Part shown: piece after piece, positions 7,337 through 15,989 of the stretch
How positions within the stretch are numbered: the stretch's first letter is position 1
Layout of the letters: the number at the start of each line of letters is the position of its first letter
From: Microcystis aeruginosa NIES-2549
GTDB taxonomy: Bacteria > Cyanobacteriota > Cyanobacteriia > Cyanobacteriales > Microcystaceae
Direction: 5' to 3'
Length of the DNA: 32,000 nt
Assembly: GCF_000981785.2 (NCBI RefSeq)
Contig: NZ_CP011304.1
Coordinates: 2,610,001-2,642,000, forward strand
The notes under the pieces: model-generated
Told to the model about the DNA's origin: nothing
The model's database searches: none
What the model saw: the letters and a program-made list of their open reading frames with translations, nothing else
Made by a program: the position numbers and the translations under genes

Positions 7337-8332
7337 ATGAAATATCTTAAATTTATCTTTCTGGGTTTAGGTTTTGTTTTACTAGGGGTAATTTTACGCC
7401 AAACCAATCTGCAAGAAGTTTGGCAACAAATCACCCTAGTCGGTTGGTGGGGAATGACAGTAGTGATTATTTTTTATTTCCTAGAATTCCTCACCGATGT
7501 TTTTACTTGGCAACTAACTTTTAAAAGCATTCCTATCCAACCTCGATGGACAATTCGGCTATTATTAATTTACATGGTAGGGGCAGCCTTTAATCGCGTG
7601 ACTCCCTTCGCTTCTTTGGGAGGAGAAGGTTTTAAAGCAGTGATGTTGAAAACTCACTATCAGATTAGCTATAAAGAAACCAGTGCCTCGATTATTCTGA
7701 CCAAGACATTAAATACTGCTTCCCTTGTCTTCTTTGCAATTATCGGTTTTTTGCTGCTCCTAGCTTCCCCAAAATTCTCCAATTCTTTTAAAACTTTTAC
7801 CGGATTAAGTCTCGCTATATTCTCCATCTGTATCCTGATATTTTTCTTGATTCAGCGATTCCGTTTATCCTCCAGAATAGTTAATCGATTAGGTCATTCT
7901 TTTTTAGGCGATCGCGTATCTAAACCTTTAGAAAATCTTCGCAGTGTCGATGATCGTTTAGGGGAATTTTACCGGAATCTGCCCCTATTTAGAAATGGCT
8001 TGATCGTCGGTTTTCTAAATTGGCCCCTAGGAGTTTTAGAAATCTATGTTTTAATGCAATTTCTCCAACATCCGATCACTTTTGCCGATGCTTGGTTATT
8101 TGATTCCGTTGCCCAATTGGTACGCGCTGGAACCTTTTTTATTCCCGCTAATATCGGTACTTTAGAAGGTTCTTTAGTGCTGCTGGGTGCTTCCTTAACC
8201 GGTAGTCTAGAATTAGGTTTAGCGATTTCTGTAATTCGCCGGGTTAAAGATATTCTCTGGATTATATTAGGTTTGTTGATCTGGTGGTTATTTTCCTTAA
8301 GACCGACTTTACCCGATCGCTCTTCAAAATAA
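7337..8332 (+). CDS. Flippase-like / lysylphosphatidylglycerol-synthase transmembrane-region family membrane protein
   Basis: The ATG at 7337 gives MKYLKFIFLGLGFVLLGVIL.... Multi-pass hydrophobic protein with RAGTFFIPANIGTLEGSLVL, resembling the conserved C-terminal block of the UPF0104/LPG_synthase_TM family. The track's TTG 7268 start lies inside the heptamer repeat. Confidence 0.65.
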   Translation: MKYLKFIFLGLGFVLLGVILRQTNLQEVWQQITLVGWWGMTVVIIFYFLEFLTDVFTWQLTFKSIPIQPRWTIRLLLIYMVGAAFNRVTPFASLGGEGFKAVMLKTHYQISYKETSASIILTKTLNTASLVFFAIIGFLLLLASPKFSNSFKTFTGLSLAIFSICILIFFLIQRFRLSSRIVNRLGHSFLGDRVSKPLENLRSVDDRLGEFYRNLPLFRNGLIVGFLNWPLGVLEIYVLMQFLQHPITFADAWLFDSVAQLVRAGTFFIPANIGTLEGSLVLLGASLTGSLELGLAISVIRRVKDILWIILGLLIWWLFSLRPTLPDRSSK

Positions 8333-8503
8333 TCTCAATCAGTCAACTCCCGGCTCTTCTAGGTTCTCTGTGATAAGTTTAACTTACTGATCGATCGATC
8401 TTTGTGTCCTCTGTGTCTGGAGTGGTTCCTTCCACTCCCTCGCCAGCGGTACTGTATCTTAGAATACATTTTACCCACCAAATCCAAGAGAGCCAACTCC
8501 CGA

Positions 8504-10066
8504 TTATTCATCCTGTAATTTTTCGCGTACATTGCGAACAATCCGGGATAATTCAGTCTTTTCATCGACGCTAATTTTAGTCGGGGAACCACTAATAATC
8601 CGCTCGTAATTGCGGAAAGAATCCTTGATATCCGCCCCGTCCTGACTGATAGTATATTCACGAATCCCTTTATCGTGCCAAGAACCGCGCATCTTAAAGA
8701 CGTTAATCGCTCGCGACATTTCGCCGCGAATTTCCACATATTGCAACATTAAAATCGTGTCGGTAATCGTAGAAATATGGGATTCGGTGATCGAGTGCGC
8801 TCCCATAAATTGGTCGGTGGTATTGGTGAAAAATCCCGTAATTTCCTCCTGTTTGGCGTATCCTGTCACCCCGATCACAAATTGCCGAAAAGCATTATTT
8901 GTCACCCCGCGTGCGAGCGCCGATAGAGAATCGATGGCAATACGGGAGGGTTTAAATTCCGAGATTTCCGACTTAATCATCTGTAAATGGTCTTCTAATC
9001 CCGCCGATTCGGGGTAAGAACACAATAATTTTAATAATCCCTTGCGTTCCATCTCCTCAAAATCGATACCCCAAGAAGAGGCATTTCGGGACAATTGGGC
9101 GCGAGATTCTTCATAAGCGAACAAAATCGCCCGCTCACCGCGCCGACATCCTTCTTCCAGAAATTTACTGACTAAGAGAGTTTTACCCGTACCTGTTGCT
9201 CCTGTAGCCAAAATAATCGAATCCTTGAAAAAACCGCCTCCACACATATCATCGAGGGTTTTTACTCCCGAAGAAATGCGGACATTAGAGGAGCGCTGAG
9301 TTAAACGCATGGCACCGAGGGGGAAGATATTAATGCCATCATTGGTGATAGTAAAGGGATATTCGCCCTTCATGTGGGTTGTTCCCCGTAATTTGAGTAT
9401 TTCCGCCGTTCTGCGTCGCCTTTCTCCCTCTAGGACGTTCCGCATAATTACCACATTATCAGAGACAAATTCCTCTACACCAAAACGCGCCACCGCTCCG
9501 TATTCTTCGATACGTTCCGTGGTCATAATGGAAGTCACTTCTAATAATTTTAACCGGGCCACGAGCCGAAAAATTTCTCGCCGCACCACTGACACCGCTT
9601 CGTACTGCTGAAAAACGGCAGTTACAGAGTCAATTGATACCAGTTTGGCTTTATATTTGGTAATTGCGTATTGAATGCGCTCGATCAGGGCCGAAAGATC
9701 AAAACTCCCCACCACCTCTTGACCTTCCGGATCCGGGGAAGCATCGAGAATAAATAACTTACCCTGGTCAATTAATTCTTCTAAATCCCAACCAAAACTA
9801 TAGGCATTTTGGATAATATCGGTCGGAGATTCTTCAAAAGTAACAAACAGCCCCGGATAGTCGAAATACTTGATACCGTGGTAGAGAAATTGCACGGCAA
9901 GCAGGGTTTTTCCCGTGCCAGAAGTGCCACTCACTAAGGTAGTTCGCCCCATGGGTAAACCACCGTGAGTGATCTCATCAAAGCCTTCAATTAGGGTTCT
10001 AATTTTGCGAACACCTTTCGGTTTAATCGGTGGATTTGGTTGGCTATTAGAGTTAGATTGAGTCAT
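8504..10066 (-). CDS. kaiC: Circadian clock protein KaiC
   Basis: 520 aa; duplicated RecA-like halves with Walker A GTSGTGKT and GATGTGKT, the phosphosite context ESHISTITDTILMLQYVE, and a C-terminal tail. Confidence 0.97.
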   Translation of the reverse strand: MTQSNSNSQPNPPIKPKGVRKIRTLIEGFDEITHGGLPMGRTTLVSGTSGTGKTLLAVQFLYHGIKYFDYPGLFVTFEESPTDIIQNAYSFGWDLEELIDQGKLFILDASPDPEGQEVVGSFDLSALIERIQYAITKYKAKLVSIDSVTAVFQQYEAVSVVRREIFRLVARLKLLEVTSIMTTERIEEYGAVARFGVEEFVSDNVVIMRNVLEGERRRRTAEILKLRGTTHMKGEYPFTITNDGINIFPLGAMRLTQRSSNVRISSGVKTLDDMCGGGFFKDSIILATGATGTGKTLLVSKFLEEGCRRGERAILFAYEESRAQLSRNASSWGIDFEEMERKGLLKLLCSYPESAGLEDHLQMIKSEISEFKPSRIAIDSLSALARGVTNNAFRQFVIGVTGYAKQEEITGFFTNTTDQFMGAHSITESHISTITDTILMLQYVEIRGEMSRAINVFKMRGSWHDKGIREYTISQDGADIKDSFRNYERIISGSPTKISVDEKTELSRIVRNVREKLQDE

Positions 10067-10259
10067 TATTTATCCAGCGAGTATTTAAAGAGTAGGATTT
10101 TTATCTAATTTTTCAACAGAAACCTATCGGGACTGACTAGACACTTTACACCATCTCGATTTCCATTGACTCTTGACTTTCCCATAGACGTACTAGATTA
10201 CGCCCCGATCATTTCCCCTTCAATAAATATAACCCGTCTAACCACCTATTGCCGAAGAC

Positions 10260-10574
10260 CTAGCCATCATTTTCTCGTTCGCGAATTTCCTCGTACAGTA
10301 AGTCTAAACCGATCAGAACCTTCTCTCGATCGGACAAATCACCGATAATTTTCCGCACCGGGGGAGGGAGGACCTTCGCGAGGGTAGGAGTGGCGAGAAT
10401 CTTGTCTTCCTCCGCTAGTTGCGGGTTTTTCAGCACGTCAATCACCTTGAGCGCATAAACTCCCTGAAATTCCTCTTCTAGGATATTTTTCAGGGTTTTT
10501 AAGGCTCGCACGGAGTTGGGGGTGTTCCCGGCGACGTAGAGTTTTAAAACATAGGTTTTTTTAAAGACGCTCAT
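10260..10574 (-). CDS. kaiB: Circadian clock protein KaiB
   Basis: 104 aa; [28 protein letters not shown]...[24 protein letters not shown] is canonical KaiB. Confidence 0.97.
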   Translation of the reverse strand: MSVFKKTYVLKLYVAGNTPNSVRALKTLKNILEEEFQGVYALKVIDVLKNPQLAEEDKILATPTLAKVLPPPVRKIIGDLSDREKVLIGLDLLYEEIRERENDG

Positions 10575-10630
10575 AGGTTAGGGTCAAAGGGGCTGGGGAT
10601 ATGAGTTCATCGCTATTTGTCTGGGATGTT

Positions 10631-11596
10631 TTAGTCTATTCCCAATAATAAATCATAAGGGATATCCTCGCGAGGTATGGAACGACGGTACATTTCCCCT
10701 AGATGAGCCAGGATATCAATGAGAGCGAGACGATAATCTAGGAGAATTTCCTCACTTCTGCCTTCTAATTTTAATTGTTGGGAAAATTCATCCATTAACT
10801 CTATATGAATTTCCAGAATTTGCGACACCGAGAGATCGGTAAAAAAGACATTATTAACCAACTCGTCGATCGCTTGATTAATCGGATAATCCTGTAGGAA
10901 GTAATTTAAAATAATCTCCCGATAATCTGCTCTTACTTCGCGTAGTAATTCTTTTTTTTCCTCCGGGGCAAGATTACGATAGAATAGCTGCGGGTTGCGT
11001 TTGTAGTAAACACCTAAATAGCCGAGTCTTTCTTTTAATTTTTCTGCTAAACGACGCTGTTGTAGGAGGAGAAAACTGTGATTATTTGCCACGGGATTCG
11101 GTTGGTTAACAATCGTAGTACGCTCGGAAAAAGAGCAATTAGGAGCCAAATGGAGAAATCGAGCGATCGCTTGGTCGATGACGGAGGTGATGCTGTCTAA
11201 TTCGTTGACGGTGATTTGTAATTCGGCACTATGATAGAGACAGGTGGGAGAGTCATTCGTCTCAGGAGCGATGTTTTTGTCAGCGACAATGATCACTACT
11301 GGCAGCAAAATCCCCGCTTCGTAGAGTTGATTAAAAGTCGGCTGTAGGGAAGGATGAGAGACCACCAGCAAACAATCAATTTTTTCCTTCTGTGCCTCGA
11401 TATTAGCCAGTAATTCGCTAGAAGAGGACCCTAGGGTTAGATTATAGCGTTCATTAGCCAATAAAGCAGTCAAAGAATTAACCAGCCCCGGTGGTGAACT
11501 CACTCCCGTCAAGGATGAGTCCGTTGGGACAAAAGCATAAATAGTCAGTCTCAGAGGCAACGTTTTCTCACCCGCAAGGTAGATAGAAAATAACAA
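10631..11596 (-). CDS. kaiA: Circadian clock protein KaiA (start codon uncertain, non-ATG)
   Basis: C-terminal KaiC-binding domain ...ILEIHIELMDEFSQQLKLEGRSEEILLDYRLALIDILAHLGEMYRRSIP, and an N-terminal pseudo-receiver-like IDCLLVVSHPSLQPTFNQLYEAGILLPVVII. No ATG precedes the first beta-strand (LRLTIYAFV); the candidates are TTG at 11596 or 11560. Confidence 0.9.
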   Translation of the reverse strand: MLFSIYLAGEKTLPLRLTIYAFVPTDSSLTGVSSPPGLVNSLTALLANERYNLTLGSSSSELLANIEAQKEKIDCLLVVSHPSLQPTFNQLYEAGILLPVVIIVADKNIAPETNDSPTCLYHSAELQITVNELDSITSVIDQAIARFLHLAPNCSFSERTTIVNQPNPVANNHSFLLLQQRRLAEKLKERLGYLGVYYKRNPQLFYRNLAPEEKKELLREVRADYREIILNYFLQDYPINQAIDELVNNVFFTDLSVSQILEIHIELMDEFSQQLKLEGRSEEILLDYRLALIDILAHLGEMYRRSIPREDIPYDLLLGID

Positions 11597-11836
11597 ACAA
11601 TAGGTTAAGCTTTCTCTGTTGAGAAGACAACCCCCTCGCCATCAGCCAAGGGAAGTTAAAAGCTAACTTTGCTTTTTGGCAGTGGGTATCGTAGTTAATT
11701 GTAATCAATGGAGCGGTTCTCTAGATGAGCGAGCGTCATAATCAAGCTAGATTCAAGTTCTAGGACGACTAATAGTTTGGCCATCAGTTTGTTAATTATG
11801 CCCTAAAGTTACCGCCACCGCCCCCCAATTATCCCC

Positions 11837-14212
11837 ATGCCTAGCGTTACCCTCAGCCTCCATCACTTTAATCAATCCGTCACTACCTGTGAATTAATTG
11901 TTGACCGGGCCAGTCTTTGCGATTTAATTAATACGGGCAATCCAGAAGTGATCGTGGTGGTGGATGAGCGGTATTGTCCCCTAGGACTGATTGAGAGTCA
12001 AGCCCTGATCGCTTACCTCCTCTATCAACAACAGCACCCCGAAACCAGAAACCTCTCCTCCAATTGTCTGGATCTTAGCGGTTGGCTGCGCCCGATTATT
12101 CCTCTTAACTCGCGCATGGCCGTGAGTGAGTTTCTGGCTACCCTGACGGGGGAAGCGCTCGCCTTAGCCCCCATTTTAGTGGATGCTCAGGGCAAACTTT
12201 TAGGACGCTTAGACACGGGCAAACTTCTGCAATTTTGTCTCGGGCGCTCGATTCTCGATGATCCCCCTCCCCAGCCCCGCATCAGCGATCGCAATTTCCC
12301 CCCCCGCAGCGATCATCCTCTGGAATTTCTGGAACAATTACCGCTGCCGCTGCTGCTCTACAGTCCAGAAGCGGGGATTTTATACCAAAATCAGGCTTGG
12401 TGCCAACAAATCGGGGCAGCTTTCCCCGCTAATATCGATAATTCTGCCTTGGCTTTGGTTAATGAACCCTTAACCCTCCCATCCCCCACCCCCCCCCTGT
12501 TCCCCCAGCGTCTAGAAACGCTGACATCGGGTTTAGCCAAGACTTGGCGCCTGTTGTCCGTGCCGTTAAATTGGGCGGATAATTATCCCTTGATCGAGAA
12601 AGCTTCGGGACTGTGGTTACTGTTGGCCACCGATATCACAGAACAACAGCACTATTGTCAGGAATTAGCGGTTAAAAATGCCGATTTAGTCCATTTAAAT
12701 CGTCTTAAGGATGAATTTCTCGCCTGTGTCAGCCATGAGTTTAAATCGCCCCTCACTGCTGTTATCGGTCTCTCCAATCTGCTGCGGGAACAAAAAATCG
12801 GTGAACTTAACCCCCGACAGTCCAAATATGCCGATTTAATCTATCGCAGCGGTCGCCAGTTGATGGCTTTAGTCAATGATCTCCTCGATTTAACCCGCCT
12901 AGAGACAGGACAACTACAATTAACTTTAACTAGAGTCAAAATCGATCGCCTCTGTCAACGGGTCTACGATATCATCGTCGATAAGTATCCCCAACGTCTC
13001 GATCTCCCCGGCAGCTATCGTCTTGATATCGAATCGGGATTAGATTATGTCCTGGCCGATGAGGCCCGTTTACAACAGATGTTAGTGCATTTGTTAGATA
13101 ATGCGGTGAAATTTACCATTGATGGCGGTAATTTGGGCATTAAAGTTAATCGTTGGGAAAATTGGCTGGCTTTTACCGTCTGGGATACGGGGATCGGTAT
13201 TCCGGAAGAATCCCAGCATCTGATTTTTCAGAAATTCCAACAGCTAGAAAGTCCTTTCACCCGTCAATTTGAGGGCGCAGGTTTAGGTTTAGTCCTCAGC
13301 CAAAAATTAGCGCGTTGTCACGGTGGCGATCTATCTTTTGTCTCCAAGGCCCAGGAAGGTAGTGAATTTACTTTACTACTGCCAGTTCATCCCCAAGGTG
13401 CAGACCAAGAGTCCGCCACTCCCCAACGTCTGGTGTTGGTGGTGGAAGCTAATCCCCAAGTGATCGAACAGTTTGTTGATCGCTTGAGTGAATTGGGATT
13501 AAAAGCCATTATCGCTCGTAGCGGCACTGAGGCGATCGAAAAAGCCCGTCAGTTAAAACCCCGTTGTGTTTTTCTCAATCCCAATCTACCCCTCTTGTCC
13601 GGTTGGGATGTGTTAACGCTGCTGAAATCCCATCCCCAAACCAAAGAGATAAAAGTTATTGTCACCGCCGCCGATTCCGAGCGCAACCGCAGTCAACAGC
13701 AAGGGGCCGATAGTTTTCTGGTTCCACCAATCACCTCGGCAGCCCTGCAAGCTTGCCTAAATCTGACCGGTTCTCCCGTTACTAGCCGAAAACGGCGCAC
13801 TGCTCCGACTCTGCTGCGGTTACACGGTCATTATGCCCCCAATTTCTCCGATTTATCTTCCTTTAGCTGGATTTGGAATAATCAATTAGTTCGGGAAAAT
13901 TATCGTTTTATCGAGGCCGATAGTTGCGAACAGGCGGAACTTTTAGCTACTGTCTGGGAGGTGGACGCTATCTTAATTGATAGTTCGATCGCAGAAGATT
14001 TATACTCTTATCTGCAAACCTTGAGCCAGTCGCAAACCCTCGCTAATTTACCCCTAGTCACCCTTGATGTGGCTGTCACCGAGGTGGCCAATCAAATCCC
14101 CGGTTTAGCCGTTTTTCCCTGTTTGGCCCCCCCAACGGAAAACCGCATCGAACAGCTATTAAAGGTAATCGAGACTGCTGATCTGGCTTTTTCTCGCCAC
14201 AAAGAACAGTAA
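11837..14212 (+). CDS. Hybrid sensor histidine kinase (CBS-pair-like + PAS-like N-terminus, HisKA/HATPase core, two degenerate receiver-like domains)
   Basis: 791 aa; H-box FLACVSHEFKSPLTAV (His codon 12734-12736), N/G boxes LLDNAVKFT, WDTGIGIP, GAGLGL. The receiver-like domain has Asn (13577-13579, FLNPNLP) where the phospho-acceptor Asp is expected. A second receiver-like C-terminal domain follows. Confidence 0.85.
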   Translation: MPSVTLSLHHFNQSVTTCELIVDRASLCDLINTGNPEVIVVVDERYCPLGLIESQALIAYLLYQQQHPETRNLSSNCLDLSGWLRPIIPLNSRMAVSEFLATLTGEALALAPILVDAQGKLLGRLDTGKLLQFCLGRSILDDPPPQPRISDRNFPPRSDHPLEFLEQLPLPLLLYSPEAGILYQNQAWCQQIGAAFPANIDNSALALVNEPLTLPSPTPPLFPQRLETLTSGLAKTWRLLSVPLNWADNYPLIEKASGLWLLLATDITEQQHYCQELAVKNADLVHLNRLKDEFLACVSHEFKSPLTAVIGLSNLLREQKIGELNPRQSKYADLIYRSGRQLMALVNDLLDLTRLETGQLQLTLTRVKIDRLCQRVYDIIVDKYPQRLDLPGSYRLDIESGLDYVLADEARLQQMLVHLLDNAVKFTIDGGNLGIKVNRWENWLAFTVWDTGIGIPEESQHLIFQKFQQLESPFTRQFEGAGLGLVLSQKLARCHGGDLSFVSKAQEGSEFTLLLPVHPQGADQESATPQRLVLVVEANPQVIEQFVDRLSELGLKAIIARSGTEAIEKARQLKPRCVFLNPNLPLLSGWDVLTLLKSHPQTKEIKVIVTAADSERNRSQQQGADSFLVPPITSAALQACLNLTGSPVTSRKRRTAPTLLRLHGHYAPNFSDLSSFSWIWNNQLVRENYRFIEADSCEQAELLATVWEVDAILIDSSIAEDLYSYLQTLSQSQTLANLPLVTLDVAVTEVANQIPGLAVFPCLAPPTENRIEQLLKVIETADLAFSRHKEQ

Positions 14213-14482
14213 GGGCAAGTCAGGCAAGTCTTGGGAATAGAAGCAATGTCGATGCTCTAGCCCGATTTTCCCCAGAAGTTGTCGCTAAAGCGTAACTACA
14301 AACCTTAACTCAACCTAGAGATTATTAACTCAATTTTCTCAAAAAAATCGACCAGCCGTTAGGTGAGAAAAAGAGAAGAACCGAGAACATTAACGCACCC
14401 TACAAATTAAGATGGTGCGTTACGGCGCGATCATAATTTAATTATTAACAAATTTCCTTTAAATACGCGCCTAACACGCACC

Positions 14483-14779
14483 CTACAAGCTACTAACAAG
14501 GCTCATTTTGACTCGTTGATTAAGGGCAGTGGCAATTTTTTGTAGCATTATTAGGGGATTGTCTTGATAGTCAGCGTCTTCTAGATCTTCAATAACGGAT
14601 TGCTCAACATGGATTAGGTCGGCTAGTTGTTGTTGAGTTAATCCAGCATTCATACGAGCGTCATAAATCAATTGTGCGATTTCTGAGTTGAGGGATTCTA
14701 GGGCAATTTGTTCTTTGATTGTGGGATCGTCTGCAATCATTTGGTGAATGATTTTTACGGCATCTGTGGTTTTAGGCAT
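14483..14779 (-). CDS. XRE-family HTH antitoxin (HigA-like)
   Basis: 98 aa; HTH LTQQQLADLIHVEQSVIEDLE. The ATG overlaps the upstream toxin stop by 8 nt. Confidence 0.8.
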   Translation of the reverse strand: MPKTTDAVKIIHQMIADDPTIKEQIALESLNSEIAQLIYDARMNAGLTQQQLADLIHVEQSVIEDLEDADYQDNPLIMLQKIATALNQRVKMSLVSSL

Positions 14780-15164
14780 TGTTTATTTCTCCTTGATAAG
14801 TATGAAGTTCTGGATTTTGTTTAAATTGTGCTTTTCTTTGGATAATTCTCTCGATGTCTTGTGAGGGAACGGCGGAAGTTTTTTTGATAAGAGCATGACC
14901 AATAATTGCTATATTTTGACCATGATAAAAATAGAGGATTCGATATTGTATGGTTCCCTGTTTGGCTCTAAGCTCCCAGATCTCATTTCTGAGATAATCG
15001 GCAGCAGGGCGGCGCAGTTCATGACCTTGTGCGGCAAGTTGTTCGATTTTGGTTATACATTTGGCAAATCCTTTTTTATCAGTTTTGAGTAATTTCTGAA
15101 GCCACTCAACAACGGGTGAGATGCCTTCTGCTTCTTGATAAAAGATGATTTTTGTCTTTGGCAC
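14772..15164 (-). CDS. RelE/ParE-superfamily toxin, Gp49/HigB-like
   Basis: 130 aa, GTG start; ...ELRRPAADYLRNEIWELRAKQGTIQYRILYFYHGQNIAIIGHALIKKTSAVPSQDIE matches the remembered Gp49-like (toxin-first) pattern. Confidence 0.8.
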   Translation of the reverse strand: MPKTKIIFYQEAEGISPVVEWLQKLLKTDKKGFAKCITKIEQLAAQGHELRRPAADYLRNEIWELRAKQGTIQYRILYFYHGQNIAIIGHALIKKTSAVPSQDIERIIQRKAQFKQNPELHTYQGEINNA

Positions 15165-15534
15165 GTTTCTTTTTAAATAGTATGCGATGAAAAATCAATA
15201 AATGCAATCAGGTGATGGTGATGGGTATCGAATTGCTGGATAGCTCATAACCTCGTTGAAAAGAATTATGCGATCGCCCCTTGTTTATCTCCTAAATTAA
15301 ACTTAGAAATTCCGCGATAATAGACATCAACATCGTTAAGTATCGAGTTCCCCAAAAGCTTATGTTTTCGTGAGCAAAACCCCTAAAATTAGACTTGACA
15401 AAAGACCTGAGATCGTTATATCCTACAGGTAACAAGCTTTTAAACGAGAGAGCCACGCCCCACGCACCAATTATATCATTCATTCTGCCTGAATATCAAA
15501 CAGGAACCAGAAGCCCGTTCCCCGGCAGTGGAAG

Positions 15535-15855
15535 TTAGGGGTTGCTAACAGGGGGAACATTGATGACAAAGCGGATGACAGTTCCGATAACTGCTGTTGC
15601 CAAGATGGTGATTAATGCCCAAATTTGGGCTTTCTGGGAGCCTTTAATCTCTTTTAAATCACCTTGTAAGGTGTTGAATTCTCCCTGTAATGCCTTGAGG
15701 TCTCCCTTGACTTCGGCCTCGAATCTGACTTGAACAATCCTGATCTCTGTGACATCTTTCTGGAGCGCGTCTAGCTTCTGATTGGTCTCTTTAAGATTCT
15801 GATTAATCTGGTCTAGGATTTTTCCTAAATCGGTTTCGATGGTGGGGCCGCTCAT
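15535..15855 (-). CDS. Tail-anchored coiled-coil membrane protein (XhlA-like architecture), function unknown
   Basis: 106 aa; ~75-aa heptad-rich region (LDALQKDVTEIRIVQVRFEAEVKGDLKALQGEFNTLQGDLKEIKG) followed by one C-terminal TM helix IWALITILATAVIGTVIRFVI. AGGAG lies 9 nt upstream of the ATG and overlaps the stop of the preceding small ORF. Confidence 0.65.
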   Translation of the reverse strand: MSGPTIETDLGKILDQINQNLKETNQKLDALQKDVTEIRIVQVRFEAEVKGDLKALQGEFNTLQGDLKEIKGSQKAQIWALITILATAVIGTVIRFVINVPPVSNP

Positions 15856-15866
15856 GGGTTAGACTC

Positions 15867-15989
15867 CTAATTAATTGGTGCTGTTGTTTCTGACTTAGAT
15901 TTCAGTGTTTGAACAAATTGTAAAACTTTTTGTTGCTTTTCCAGTGTCAGTTCTCGCCATTGTTCAAGTATTTCTTCTTCTTTACCCAT
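15867..15989 (-). CDS. 40-aa antitoxin-like small protein (DUF2281-like pattern, tentative)
   Basis: Own translation: MGKEEEILEQWRELTLEKQQKVLQFVQTLKSKSETTAPIN*. GAGG lies 7 nt upstream of the ATG (15987-15989), and the stop TAG at 15867-15869 is 11 nt before the next ATG. Below the track cutoff. Confidence 0.5.
   Translation of the reverse strand: MGKEEEILEQWRELTLEKQQKVLQFVQTLKSKSETTAPIN

Noticed and set aside
8359-9611. Track ORFs 8359-8739(-), 8757-9017(+) and 9309-9611(+) overlapping kaiC
   Set aside because: They lie entirely within or antisense to the strongly supported kaiC frame, and their products are low-complexity with no recognisable motifs. The same applies to 5095-5277, 5202-5459 and 5680-5895 (in the aminotransferase), 12258-12473, 21620-22065 (in proC), 22513-23069, 23497-23814, 25417-25629, 26086-26283, 27261-27800, 29335-29898 and 31634-31964.
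10067-10259. 193-nt kaiB-kaiC spacer as a possible ncRNA or internal promoter
   Set aside because: No convincing promoter boxes, hairpins or repeats were seen by eye. There is nothing to support a feature.
15292-15483. 63-aa minus-strand ORF, considered as a transposase (ISL3-like C-terminus) remnant
   Set aside because: It has only a vague K-x-x-F-R-G-F...N...F resemblance. There are no inverted repeats, no catalytic motifs and no ribosome-binding site. It is left unannotated and cannot be supported from sequence alone.
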